DNA of 64,000 nucleotides from Tetramitus jugosus (Eukaryota; Protista; Heterolobosea), in assembly GCA_937625935.1 (NCBI GenBank), contig OW569346.1:248001-312000 (forward strand). Direction: 5' to 3'. This document shows, one piece after another, positions 1 through 10,594 of this stretch. The translations under genes and the position numbers were made by a program. Below the pieces are notes generated by a model. It did not search any database. It had not been told where the DNA came from and was given only the letters and a program-made list of their open reading frames with translations. The stretch's first letter is position 1, and each line of letters starts with the position of its first letter.

Positions 1-306
1 TGGCGGGCTCGGAGAATCCAAGTGGAGATTCTATTATGAGGTCATTGTCACTTGAGATGATTTGTTTTTGTTGTTGAGCGTTTGTGGGCACATTGATCTG
101 CCATTTGCGCTTGCCTGATGATGATGATGATTGCTTTGATGATTGTTTTGATGACATTTTTGAGCGCTCTCTTGTGTTGTGCTTTTTGTTTTGGTTTGGT
201 TCCAACAATTTTCGCAAGGAATTTTTGATTGAATGTTCAACAAAGAAAGAAAAAGCAAATTGTTGTATTTGTTGTTGGTGGAGAGACATGTCCTGGCCAA
301 ATGAAA

Positions 307-1280
307 TTATTCCTCAATGTCCATGTAGTCAGAGAACAGTGCGTCATCATCTGCCGAGCTGGAATCATATAAATTGGCTTGTTGTTGCTGTTGCTGCTGG
401 TAGATTGGATTCGCGTAAGGAGTTGACTGTGGGTGAATGTACTGTGATTGGGATTGTGGATAAAGTGGTTGTGTTTGTGGAGCAGATAAGCCTGTTACAG
501 GGGCAGCAGAGACATTGGCTACTCTGCTGCTCTGACTGGATGCAGTGTCACCGCTGGTGCTTCTCGTACTCGAGCTCCTGCTCGTCGTTTGATCTTGAGC
601 TTCTCTCTGCTGTCTTCGCTTGATCTCATTGGCATAGTGCAATAGAACATATTCATACATCTTTCTTACTTCACGAACTTCTGTATCTGCCATTAGAATT
701 GGCAACGACAGCACACGCTCAAAAGTGTCCAGAGCTCGATAGGCATCCCTCAATTCAAACAAGTACTGATGTGCCCACTTGTTTCTCACTTGCTTGAGTT
801 CAAACAGATAGTTACGGAATGAAGGACTCAATGGAGTATTAGGAACCTTCTGTATATCAGGCCACGCACTTTACAAAAATTACAATGAGAAACAATCGAA
901 CCTTAAAAAAAAAGAAGTTGCAAGAAGCCACAAACAACAACTACTATCGACAAAGACACATACCGTATCAGTAGATTTATAATGTTTTGAGCGTCCAAGT
1001 GATCGATATCACTCTGTGGTGGAGCTCCACCTGTTTTTTGAGCAGTGTAATCAACCGGCGTCATTAACATGGCTCTCATTTTTGCAACATATTGTTCACC
1101 GTACATGTACCGCATCAATTGCTTCACCAATGGTTCATAGAGTGTCGTAAAGTACTTTAGGCATTTCCCAATCATGGTATTAATTTTTTCGTGCATGGGC
1201 ACAGGAGAACTACTACTGTTGTTACTCGGTGTTTCATTGCGCCGTTGTTGTTGGGCTGTGTTGCTTGCTGTCGTTGACAT
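307..1280 (-). CDS. Swt1-like HEPN domain protein (2 exons; intron ~869-963)
   Basis: ORFs 903..1280 and 307..831 join in frame via GTATGT...AG; RNKWAH = HEPN RxxxxH motif followed by DAYRALDTFERVL. Confidence 0.7.
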
Positions 1281-1431
1281 TCTGCTGTTGTTGTTTGTGA
1301 GTCAATCGAGTGAAAATTGCGATCGAGACAGTTACAAAACTCCGGCAAAAACTGTTTGTTGCGCAACTGTTGGTTTGGTCTACAATCGACACAAGAGTTC
1401 TCCGCCATTGAAATCGTCAAATGGGTTTAAC

Positions 1432-4275
1432 ATGAGCAAATCCATGGATCAACCATCACTGGAAAGACATAGAGATCTGTACAATGTTGCTCAGGTGGTC
1501 GATGTTGAAAAGGGCAATGTTTCACTTCTAGTTCCTCTTTCTTCTCCTCTACACCAACTCATGCTCATCCCTGAATCACTGTCTTCTGACTCTGACCTAT
1601 TGTTGGATGAGGAGTCAATGAGACCTATACCCATGACTTCAAAGATCTCGCACAGTGCGAAAGTCAGAGACACTGCCGCATCCTCAGTGAGACACATCCA
1701 AAGAACAGAATCTATAGATTCGACACTTGAGACCCCTCGAAAGCTGAATGAAACTACTATACGAGTTATGAATACTTGTATCGAACAGATTGATGATTTG
1801 AGGGAACGAGTCAAGAATAGCAGAAAGTCAGGGATTAGCTCACGAACTGTGTATTGTCAAACTGACATCGATATCGCGCACTATGTAGAAGAGGAAACAC
1901 GAGTTTACATAAAGAGTTTGCATGAGAAAACTCAAACTAAAGTCAATGGGTATGAAGAGTATATAGAGAAGCTCGCACATGCTCATCTCGAAGAAATGAA
2001 AGAAAGAGAGGCAGTACATTCATCTCAACTAGAATTCTTAAGAAACCAGTATGATGAGCTTATAGATGAAGAGCGAAAGAGTGTATCAAATAGAGTTCGC
2101 AATGAGAAAGCTTTTTGTGAGTACAAGTTGACCAGACAGCTGCAACAAATGAAAAATGCACTACTAGAGGGGATTAGGAAACAAGTGTTTGTTCACACAC
2201 AAAAGTACATCGAAAAAGTGAATAGCTACCAGAAAGAGTTACTAGATATAAGAACAAATCAGGTCAGCATAAGATTGAACATGAGAGTTAAAAACGATGT
2301 GGATGAAGAAATGAAGCAAAGGATGGAGAGGTTGAACATAATCGCACGAGATTTAGAGGAAGATAGAATGCAACTTGTAAACAATTTGAAGGACTTTATT
2401 TTCGATGGAAATCCTATTCACTACGAAGATAAATCAATCGAAGCAAGCGAGAAGGAGCTAGAGAAAATTGAAAAGATGAACGAGGAATTGATGATTGATG
2501 CAGACACTCAAACCTATCTTCGAGAACTCTCAGATAGTCATGCTCAAACAGACACCGAACAATCAAGCATCGTTCCTCCAATTCCTCTCGAGACATCAAT
2601 GAAGGAAATGATTTTAGAAGCCAATCAACAAGCATGGAGAGCGAGAAATATTGAACATAGAACAAGAAAGAGTAAGAGGAGAACAGGAAAAGATGAAAAC
2701 GATTCTGACCACATATTAGATAGAATAGCGGCGACACAACCTCCAAAATCTCTGAAGAGACATCTTCGAGATCAAGGAATACAAACTGACAATTTATCTC
2801 AAAACAACGAGAAGCAGGAGAAGAAAGATCGAATGAGACCCATTGGTAATGCAGTTAAAACAGCTGAGACAAAAACAAGTCCAGAGTATCGGAAAGATGG
2901 AAGTGTAGTGAACTATGAAGGCAAGCCAATTCCTCCCCTTCTCAAACGGTCTTCATCCATCTTTGCCCGTATGCTATTGCAGAAACAAAATTCATTCCGG
3001 ACAAAATCAGAAGAATTCAATCCAATTTTCAAGATACAAGAAACGAAGAATGTACCCGAGATACCGAGCACATCCATCACTCATTTTGAAAGAATGAAGA
3101 AACTTAATGGTGGTATCAATCCTAATGAATTTTTGAAAGGACAACGATTACAGAAGGGAGCAGGTACTGGAGTCTTTGAAGAAAACAAAACGACTTTATT
3201 ATCTGAAGTTAGAAAGAGTGCTTCTGAAACTCCTCCCAATCATGTGACAGAAAGACCACTGGATGAGAAACTTGATGTTCCTTCGATACCTAAACAAATT
3301 GCTTTGCAAGAGAATAACATACACGGTTTAGAAACCAAAGATAGTCCGATTGACAACATTCTCGCGCAACTTCACAATCACGGCCGAGTAAACTCGATTC
3401 CAAACATGCGACTGAGTTCTAGACCTGAAAAAATCGAAAGCTTGACCGAACCTCTTAACAAAGAGCACTCCATGTCCATAGGTTATCCTGGCATTTACTT
3501 GAACTCTCCAAAAAGTGATGACCCTACTCCAATCAAGGAAGTATCCGGCAGTGTAAGGGATCTCAATCATTCTCTCCATACCAGGATAGAAGATGAACAC
3601 ATTTTGTTTGACTCCTTTGATAAAGTTGAAGAATCCAGCTCATCAATGATTGCAGAAGAATTATTTAAGTGGGATGCAAACAGTTTTAATGAGTATATGA
3701 ACAAAGTTAAGAATGTGTTTAAGAGGAGAGAAAGTATGCTACGCGAGGAGATTAGCAATCTAGATTCAAGAGTAACACTACTCCAGGAAGACAATCTCGA
3801 GTTACACCGTGGATACATTGATGTGAGAACCAAACAAGCGATGGCACTACTAAAGTTGACTAAGGATAACTTAGCTCTTACCAAAAAACTAGAGGAGCTC
3901 AACCAACATCATTTTGATGTGTTAAAGGGGAGATGGAGTTCGGAAACGAGTTGCAGGTCCAAGACAAACGTTGTCGATGAACTTGGGAAAAGAAATTTCT
4001 CAAAGAGAATTACCCAAAGTGCTCGAGGTCCAAAGCCAAACGAAGAGACAACCAGCGCGGAATGGCGAAAATTTATTAACTATCACCCACTCCTTTCTTC
4101 GCGGGCTGTTTTGTCTTCTGCTTCCCCAATTGTACCAGTCATTCCTCTTCGAGAACATAACGCGCCTCCTCGAAGAGTATTCTCTGCCAGAATTCCTGAG
4201 CAAGCTCAAAACAACGGGTCAACCGTAGCTCTACCTGTTCTTGGATTGCATTCTACAATTTCGTCCTTGACATGA
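1432..4275 (+). CDS. Hypothetical coiled-coil protein
   Basis: Uninterrupted ORF of ~950 aa, charged helical segments; ATG 1432 chosen because the upstream ORF part overlaps the neighbouring gene. Confidence 0.7.
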   Translation: MSKSMDQPSLERHRDLYNVAQVVDVEKGNVSLLVPLSSPLHQLMLIPESLSSDSDLLLDEESMRPIPMTSKISHSAKVRDTAASSVRHIQRTESIDSTLETPRKLNETTIRVMNTCIEQIDDLRERVKNSRKSGISSRTVYCQTDIDIAHYVEEETRVYIKSLHEKTQTKVNGYEEYIEKLAHAHLEEMKEREAVHSSQLEFLRNQYDELIDEERKSVSNRVRNEKAFCEYKLTRQLQQMKNALLEGIRKQVFVHTQKYIEKVNSYQKELLDIRTNQVSIRLNMRVKNDVDEEMKQRMERLNIIARDLEEDRMQLVNNLKDFIFDGNPIHYEDKSIEASEKELEKIEKMNEELMIDADTQTYLRELSDSHAQTDTEQSSIVPPIPLETSMKEMILEANQQAWRARNIEHRTRKSKRRTGKDENDSDHILDRIAATQPPKSLKRHLRDQGIQTDNLSQNNEKQEKKDRMRPIGNAVKTAETKTSPEYRKDGSVVNYEGKPIPPLLKRSSSIFARMLLQKQNSFRTKSEEFNPIFKIQETKNVPEIPSTSITHFERMKKLNGGINPNEFLKGQRLQKGAGTGVFEENKTTLLSEVRKSASETPPNHVTERPLDEKLDVPSIPKQIALQENNIHGLETKDSPIDNILAQLHNHGRVNSIPNMRLSSRPEKIESLTEPLNKEHSMSIGYPGIYLNSPKSDDPTPIKEVSGSVRDLNHSLHTRIEDEHILFDSFDKVEESSSSMIAEELFKWDANSFNEYMNKVKNVFKRRESMLREEISNLDSRVTLLQEDNLELHRGYIDVRTKQAMALLKLTKDNLALTKKLEELNQHHFDVLKGRWSSETSCRSKTNVVDELGKRNFSKRITQSARGPKPNEETTSAEWRKFINYHPLLSSRAVLSSASPIVPVIPLREHNAPPRRVFSARIPEQAQNNGSTVALPVLGLHSTISSLT

Positions 4276-4468
4276 CAGGGTATCGAACCAATTATGGTCG
4301 CGTTAGCGGCAATCTGTTCGTCTCCCTTCAAACAAAGTCCCCCATAATCGAGACAGATGACGGGCTAACATTTCCGGTGTGTTTGGACATCCATTTTTTT
4401 TCTTCTGTGTTGATGGGGCGTTAAAACACATAAGCAAAAGAAGGGAAAAAACAACAAGAACCATCGCA

Positions 4469-7222
4469 ATGCCTTCCACCAGTAAGAATAACAACGACAA
4501 TAATGATAACGTCTCTCTCCACCCATCACCCACAACAGCAACAGCAACGCAACACAATCTCACCACCGTTATCAACAATAATCCATTGAGTCAGCAGGGG
4601 TTGCAACAACATGGCATTGAAGATGACAATCACACTGGTGACAATGGAGCACCACAACAACAACCCCACCTTGTACAACCCTCACCTCGAAGACAATCCG
4701 TTCGTTATACACTTGATGAAATGTTGGGTCAAGCGAGAAAGAGCATGGGCAGCAGCAGCGGCAGCAGTCATTCAATGACGACGATGAGTGGTCAAGACCG
4801 ATTGGCATCCATGTTGCTCTCAAATGTTGAACAATCACCACCATCACCACTCAACAACCATAGTAACAACAATGATAACGACGATAGAGACAATTTGTCC
4901 TATTTCAGACAAGAGGTGAAACGTTCGAGAGAGAAGAAACAAAACACGACCAAGATTACAAATGAAGGAGAGCAACAACAAGAGCGAACCAACACAAAAT
5001 TACAAAAACTAATTGTGGCTACCAAGGGAAGCTCAACGACCGCAACACCATCAACACCAACTTTGGATGCAACAATAACAGTAGAATCAACCATAGAAGA
5101 AATCATACCAACGACAACTCAAACAGACACAACAACAACAACAACAACTCTGACAATAGAACCATCAACAATCACAGAAACAGCAATAGCAACAAAACCA
5201 ATCAATTATGATTATAAAAATCATAGCTTATTGCTGTTGAAGCAAAAATTGAAGCAACTGAGCTCGTTTCGCCTCGAAGCTTCATCCTCCACCCATTCTA
5301 CTGCTATCACAACAACAACAACAACAACAACAAGCAAGTTGTTGCTATTGGACCAAGTGTCTGCAGTAGATGACAATAGTGACTGGACGACGAGCAGCAG
5401 TGACGGCAGTATTATTATTGTGGATGTGAACAGTGCAGATGACATGTCTACCAATGAGACGACAGAAGTCCCTCATAATATAGAAGAAGAAGATCATCAT
5501 CGTGACAGTCATCCTAATGAGAGTGAGAGTCACAAAAACAACTTGAGTGGTGAAATGGATGTGTATGATGATATGGATGTGGATAATCATCATCATGTAG
5601 ATGATGACGATGATGACGATGAAGAAGTCGAGAGCAGTGATGTTGTCAGTGGTAGTATGAACTATGTGTTTTCAACGAGTGATACAGCAACTGTCATGCT
5701 GAACAGTGAGGGATCTCACATGTCATCATCACCCATGTCCAACTATTCGGTTGCACTCATTGCTGAACAAATCATGGTGACTTGTGGATCGGATTGCGAT
5801 GCTCACGAGTTGTTGAAACCACTGTTGGAAGAGTATGTTGAGGCTTCTACAATGACCAAGGGCACGGCGAGCTCACAAATGGTTGACAGTATACGGGACA
5901 GAGGTCATGGCAACTGCACATGTATGCACATGGCCGCACAACAGAACAATGTGCAGTGCATGGAGTTGTTGTTAATGTATGGTGCGACTGTTGATTCAAT
6001 GGATGACATTCGTGCTACGCCTCTGTTTTATGCAGCAGTGAGTGGATCGAGTGAGGCTGCGACATTCTTATTGCATCATGGAGCACAGGTGAATCACAAG
6101 GACATTTACAACAATTTTCCAGTGTTCTTGGCACTGAGGAACAAGCACTTTGCCATGATTGATTTGTTCTTGTTGTACAATGCAAATCTGTATCTCAAGA
6201 CTAGTAGGGGCAACTGCTTACATCGTCTTGCAGAGAGTGGGAACTTATCTGCAATTCGATATCTCATTTCAAAGCATCAATGCTCTCCATACAGGTTAAA
6301 TGATGAAGAACAAAACTTGTTGTTCTGTGGGCTAAGTCATCCCAAAATTGTTCAATATTTGCTGCGAAAGTGCGATGTGAAGAAGCTGGTATCACAGAGA
6401 AATGTACGAAAACGAAATGTGTTCCATGAGTGCTGCCTCAACGGTTATTTTGAGAATATGATTGATATATTGAGCTTTTGTGTGTCTGTCATACCAGAAG
6501 AGACCGAAGCTCTGCTGAATGACAAGGATACATCAGGAACAACTCCTCTCATGCTTGCATGCAAGGGGAAGAGGCACAATATTATTCGCTTCCTCTCGAC
6601 ATGCACATCTGTGAATGTAGATGCTCAGAATAATGATGGTAATACAGCCCTACATCTGGCTATCAAAATGAAAGATATAGAGGCAATACAAATCCTAATT
6701 ACCTTGGGCAATGCAAAGATAAAAATCAAGAACAAAATGAGAATCAGTTGTCAAAAGATGGCTAAGCAGTATGGAATACAACTTCCAGAATCAGCTGCAG
6801 AGGAAGATGAAGAAGAGGGAAGTGCAATGAGCTTCCTTCAACTGATGAAGGAGGACAACTTGATGGAAAATTTGGACAATGGACAAGATTCATCTCGCTC
6901 TAGGAGGATCACTTCAGTGCCATCGCTCGAGACATCCAAACCTTCCCCTTCAACAAAGAGCCTAGTCAAATCCATTATGGTTGGGAATAACCGGCCCAAA
7001 AAGGAGATTACATCTCCTTCAATCACTTCTCCGATTTCCTCTCCTTCTGAACCTTCTGATCTGGAATATTTATCATTTGCAGCTTTAATGAAATTAGAGA
7101 ACGAAGCACATTTTCTAGAGAATGAACAAACTTTGACGAATAGGCGAGGTAGTGCCAGACTGCTACTGAACTTCAAGAATATTGCCAATAAGCTGTTGGT
7201 GAAAGAAAAGGATAATAAATGA
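4469..7222 (+). CDS. Ankyrin-repeat protein with long low-complexity N-terminus
   Basis: Repeats ATPLFYAA, GTTPLMLAC, GNTALHLAI. Confidence 0.85.
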   Translation: MPSTSKNNNDNNDNVSLHPSPTTATATQHNLTTVINNNPLSQQGLQQHGIEDDNHTGDNGAPQQQPHLVQPSPRRQSVRYTLDEMLGQARKSMGSSSGSSHSMTTMSGQDRLASMLLSNVEQSPPSPLNNHSNNNDNDDRDNLSYFRQEVKRSREKKQNTTKITNEGEQQQERTNTKLQKLIVATKGSSTTATPSTPTLDATITVESTIEEIIPTTTQTDTTTTTTTLTIEPSTITETAIATKPINYDYKNHSLLLLKQKLKQLSSFRLEASSSTHSTAITTTTTTTTSKLLLLDQVSAVDDNSDWTTSSSDGSIIIVDVNSADDMSTNETTEVPHNIEEEDHHRDSHPNESESHKNNLSGEMDVYDDMDVDNHHHVDDDDDDDEEVESSDVVSGSMNYVFSTSDTATVMLNSEGSHMSSSPMSNYSVALIAEQIMVTCGSDCDAHELLKPLLEEYVEASTMTKGTASSQMVDSIRDRGHGNCTCMHMAAQQNNVQCMELLLMYGATVDSMDDIRATPLFYAAVSGSSEAATFLLHHGAQVNHKDIYNNFPVFLALRNKHFAMIDLFLLYNANLYLKTSRGNCLHRLAESGNLSAIRYLISKHQCSPYRLNDEEQNLLFCGLSHPKIVQYLLRKCDVKKLVSQRNVRKRNVFHECCLNGYFENMIDILSFCVSVIPEETEALLNDKDTSGTTPLMLACKGKRHNIIRFLSTCTSVNVDAQNNDGNTALHLAIKMKDIEAIQILITLGNAKIKIKNKMRISCQKMAKQYGIQLPESAAEEDEEEGSAMSFLQLMKEDNLMENLDNGQDSSRSRRITSVPSLETSKPSPSTKSLVKSIMVGNNRPKKEITSPSITSPISSPSEPSDLEYLSFAALMKLENEAHFLENEQTLTNRRGSARLLLNFKNIANKLLVKEKDNK

Positions 7223-7256
7223 GAACTCGAATTTTATTGAAGCATCGACAGGCTTT

Positions 7257-8336
7257 TCAAAAATTAAGCTTTGCTCTATCGATGAATTCGTAGCTACTCT
7301 GTGCTCCGTGATGCAAGACAGTTTGTGAAGCAACTGATGCCGCCAAAGGAATAGCATTATTCAGTGATATGTCACAGGACAAGAAGTAAGCGAGTGACCC
7401 CACAAACGCATCACCAGCACCAGTCGTATCAACAACATTCTCCACCTTTTCAATAGGGAAGTGCTCCAGAACTCTATTTTCGCTATTGTGGGCGCTACTC
7501 ACACAAAACTCTGGATCATAGTAAGCAACACTTCCGTTACCTCCCATCGTGATCAACACTTGAAGCTTAGACTTGCAGGCAGAACCCTTTTGAACAAAAT
7601 TATCGTACAGTTTTTTGGCAATCTGAAGTCCATCCTCCACAGTTAGTTCATCCTTCTTTGCCCACTGACCACTCTCTTCTTCACCAATGAATGTCATAGC
7701 TTCTGTTTCGTTGAGACATATCACATTGATGCTTCCCAATGTTTTCTCATCCAATAGTGGCAGTGAGTCGTGGCTTGGAGCAGGTGCAGGATTGAAAATG
7801 GTTAACAATCCGTTTTGAGAGCCCTTCTGAAGTGCATAACAAGTCGTCTCCAGTGGAATCTCGTTCTGAAGAACAAGTACCTTACAGTTTTGTTGAATCA
7901 GGGGCCAGAATTGGTCCACATGTGCCTCTGTCAACCTTGCATTCGCTCCCTTTAACAAAACAATATTGTTTCTTCCATTCTTGTCCACATTGATAATGGC
8001 TCTCCCAGTTGTTGTGTCATCAAACTGTACAATGGTTTCCGTGTTGTTCAAATGGCGCGAAAAGCTCTGTTGTAAAGTCGTCGCAAAACCATCGTTTCCA
8101 ATCCCGGTGATAAAAATGCATTTTGGATGCTCGGCAGAACTAGATTGCGTAAGCTTTGCGACCATGATGGCTTGATTGTTGCCCTTGCCGCCCAAGTGTT
8201 CATTGTAAGCAGATGCAAAAATGGTCTCTCCCGCTTTTGGCAGTGACTCCACAGAGTGCACTAGATCCATGTTGGAGGAACCGATGATAGCCACTCCAGA
8301 TTCGTGATGATGAGATGTCATGATTCGTCTTGACAA
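7257..8336 (-). CDS. rbsK: Ribokinase (PfkB family)
   Basis: GSSNMDL, GGKGNNQA, NPAPA, NETEA, DTTGAGDAF motifs. Confidence 0.92.
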   Translation of the reverse strand: MSRRIMTSHHHESGVAIIGSSNMDLVHSVESLPKAGETIFASAYNEHLGGKGNNQAIMVAKLTQSSSAEHPKCIFITGIGNDGFATTLQQSFSRHLNNTETIVQFDDTTTGRAIINVDKNGRNNIVLLKGANARLTEAHVDQFWPLIQQNCKVLVLQNEIPLETTCYALQKGSQNGLLTIFNPAPAPSHDSLPLLDEKTLGSINVICLNETEAMTFIGEEESGQWAKKDELTVEDGLQIAKKLYDNFVQKGSACKSKLQVLITMGGNGSVAYYDPEFCVSSAHNSENRVLEHFPIEKVENVVDTTGAGDAFVGSLAYFLSCDISLNNAIPLAASVASQTVLHHGAQSSYEFIDRAKLNF

Positions 8337-8398
8337 TGTGAATTCGATCGATCTTTCTTTGGGTTGTTTTTTTTGGTCGTTGTTTTGTGCACCAACAA

Positions 8399-8703
8399 AC
8401 AGCTTCGTTTTCTAATCCCATCATTCCCATGAGGTACTCCCTGCTCGACTTCCTCGGCATGGGCCACATGAATCCGTTTCTGAACAGCACTTTGTCAAAC
8501 CATAATGTGATGGCGGACTCTCGATGCAATGGAAGTTTGAGCAACTTGTTGTAGACTTCCAGGACAAGCCTTCTTCTGGCATCAATTGCGTACCGACATC
8601 TGACAAGGCAGTGGAGGATTGTATCAGGCTCAGTACCGCATCTCGGACATAAATTGGGGCCGTCATCATTGCACAAATAGTTACATACCACTCTGGCACG
8701 GTG
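8399..8703 (-). mobile_element. Non-LTR retrotransposon fragment, copy 1 (internal zf-RVT region, truncated at both ends)
   Basis: ~92% identical (23 mismatches in 296 nt by manual count, no indels) to 9639-9936; encodes CPRCGTEPDTILHCLVRC. Confidence 0.88.
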
Positions 8704-8974
8704 TTTTTTTTTTTTAATACAACCATTTCGGTTGCTCTTTTTATTATCTTTGCTTATTCACTTGCCTACGCTCGAAGAGGGCCTGGTTAGCTTCCAGTTG
8801 GTAGGTAATGACGCCGGAAAGCGTCATTGCCGTTGATTACATTTATCCTTCGTTGTAATGAACAGGTGGTGGAGAGTCTTGAGACATCTCCTCTTGACAC
8901 TGTTCACATATGTTTTGGCTTTCTTCTGTGCCAGTGTCTTCTTCATTCCATCGACGTAGGCAGATTCGGGGATT
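8704..8974 (-). mobile_element. Non-LTR retrotransposon 3' end, copy 2 (divergent subfamily)
   Basis: T12 tail on + strand; 16-bp TSD CCACTCTGGCACGGTG at 8688-8703 and 8975-8990; encodes DGMKKTLAQKKAKTYVNSVKRRCLKTLHHLF..., homologous to the copy 4 C-terminus. Confidence 0.85.
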
Positions 8975-8998
8975 CCACTCTGGCACGGTGATACAGGG

Positions 8999-9337
8999 TT
9001 TTTTTTTTTTTTGATACAACGCGCAGTTGCTCACTTTATTGTTTATCTTTCTTTCCATTAGTTTCACTTATACTCATAGTGCCGCTCGCAGAGCGGCACT
9101 AGTTTTACCTTTCAGTAACGCTCGGAGAGCGTTACTTCTGTTTGTAGTCTTTTGATTGCTGGTAAAGTGTGTGCAAAGTAACGATGCAGCGACTCTTTAC
9201 CCAACTGACAAAGCTACGTGCCTTGCGAAGGGCTAATTCTAACTTCATTCCATTCTTCACCAGTGCATCCATTACCTCATCAAGAGCTTCACTTTCAACG
9301 CCCATCATTCCCGAGAGGTACTCCCGACTGGTCTTCC
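8999..9337 (-). mobile_element. Non-LTR retrotransposon 3' end, copy 3
   Basis: T14 tail; encodes RKTSREYLSGMMGVESEALDEVMDALVKNGMK...QQSKDYKQK*, homologous to copy 4; only GGG shared at both flanks. Confidence 0.88.
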
Positions 9338-9351
9338 GGGATCTCGGGAGC

Positions 9352-10550
9352 TTTTTTTTTTTTTTTTTTGTAATACAACACGCGGTTGCTCTTTATTACT
9401 CTGTCCTTCTTTCTTGTAGTTTCTCAGATCGTCCTTGTGACGCTCGAAGAGCGTCTCCTCTTCCTTGTTAGTAACGCTCGCAGAGCGTTACTACTGTTTG
9501 CAGTCCTTTGATTGCTGGTAGAGTCTGTGCAACACTGTGATGCTGCGACTCTTCACCCAGCACACAAAACTGCGGGCCTTTCGCTGTGCTACTTCTTGTT
9601 TCATCCCATTTTTCATCAGTGCATCCATCACCTGGTCGACAGCGTCGTTCTCTAAACCCATCATTCCCATGAGGTACTCTCTGCTCGACTTCCTCGGCAT
9701 TGGCCACATGAATCCGTTTCTGAACAGAACTTTGTCAAACCATAGGGAGATGGCGGACTCTCGATGCAATGGAAGTTTGAGCAACTTGTTGTAGACTTCC
9801 ATGACAAGCTTTCTTCGGGCGTCAATTGCATACTGGCATCTGACAAGACAGTGGAGGATTGTATCAGGTTCAGTACCGCATCTCGGGCATAAATAGGGGC
9901 CGTCATCATCGTACAAATAGTTACACACCACTCTGGTATGTAATGTACCACTACGTACTTGGGCGTGGAACCACTCCAGCTGACGATCAACAACAAATGG
10001 GTTCTTGAGAAAGTCGAACTGATTCTTATGCTCCATTGCAGCATCCTGCAACCACCATTGCGAATTTTGACAGATGAGCGCCTTACGCTCCTGAAGGAAC
10101 AACTCCTTCAGATCTTCTTTTCCCCTCGCATACTTACCATTGAATCTGATGGTGTGTATGAATCCCTTTGTTTGATGCAGCTCTATATTCATGCAATTCG
10201 GCATTGCCATCACCGCGAGGGATACTTCGTGGTAGGTTTTAGGTCCAAAACCCTTGCCAACCTCGGTCTTTAGTGACTCGTAGCTCCTGATCCTACCCTC
10301 ATTCAGTAGTTGTTGTCTCTGGTACAAGCCAACCCTGCTGAGCAGTCTGAGAGACCTAGCTGACAAGTAATTAGATAACTTGCACCCTTCACAGCGGCTC
10401 TGGGAGTCATCAGTGATGATGATTCCCTTCTCGTGCAGCCGCATTGCGCACCATTTCATGAAAGAGTGTTTGACTTCCGTAACTCTGTGGTCCGACTGGA
10501 AGACGTTCTCCGACCGGAACGTGTAGTGTTTCTTGATATACTCAAGAGTG
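9352..10550 (-). mobile_element. 5'-truncated non-LTR retrotransposon, copy 4 (~1.2 kb; C-terminal ORF2 with zf-RVT CCHC finger)
   Basis: T18 tail 9352-9369; 14-15 bp TSD GGGATCTCGGGAGC(T) at 9338-9352 and 10551-10565; open frame with CPRC-x8-H-x4-C typical of L1/Tx1-type ORF2 ends. Confidence 0.92.
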
Positions 10551-10594
10551 GGGATCTCGGGAGCTCTATTTGTAGACAAAACTACACCTGTATA

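Noticed and set aside
8200-8691. 163-aa ORF fusing element sequence with the ribokinase region
   Set aside because: The element fragment frame simply continues out of frame into ribokinase; there is no evidence for a real fusion.
8688-10565. CRISPR-like or DGR-like (TR/VR) repeat system
   Set aside because: The repeats are TSDs and poly(A)-tailed retrocopies; mismatches between copies 1 and 4 are not adenine-specific and many are synonymous.
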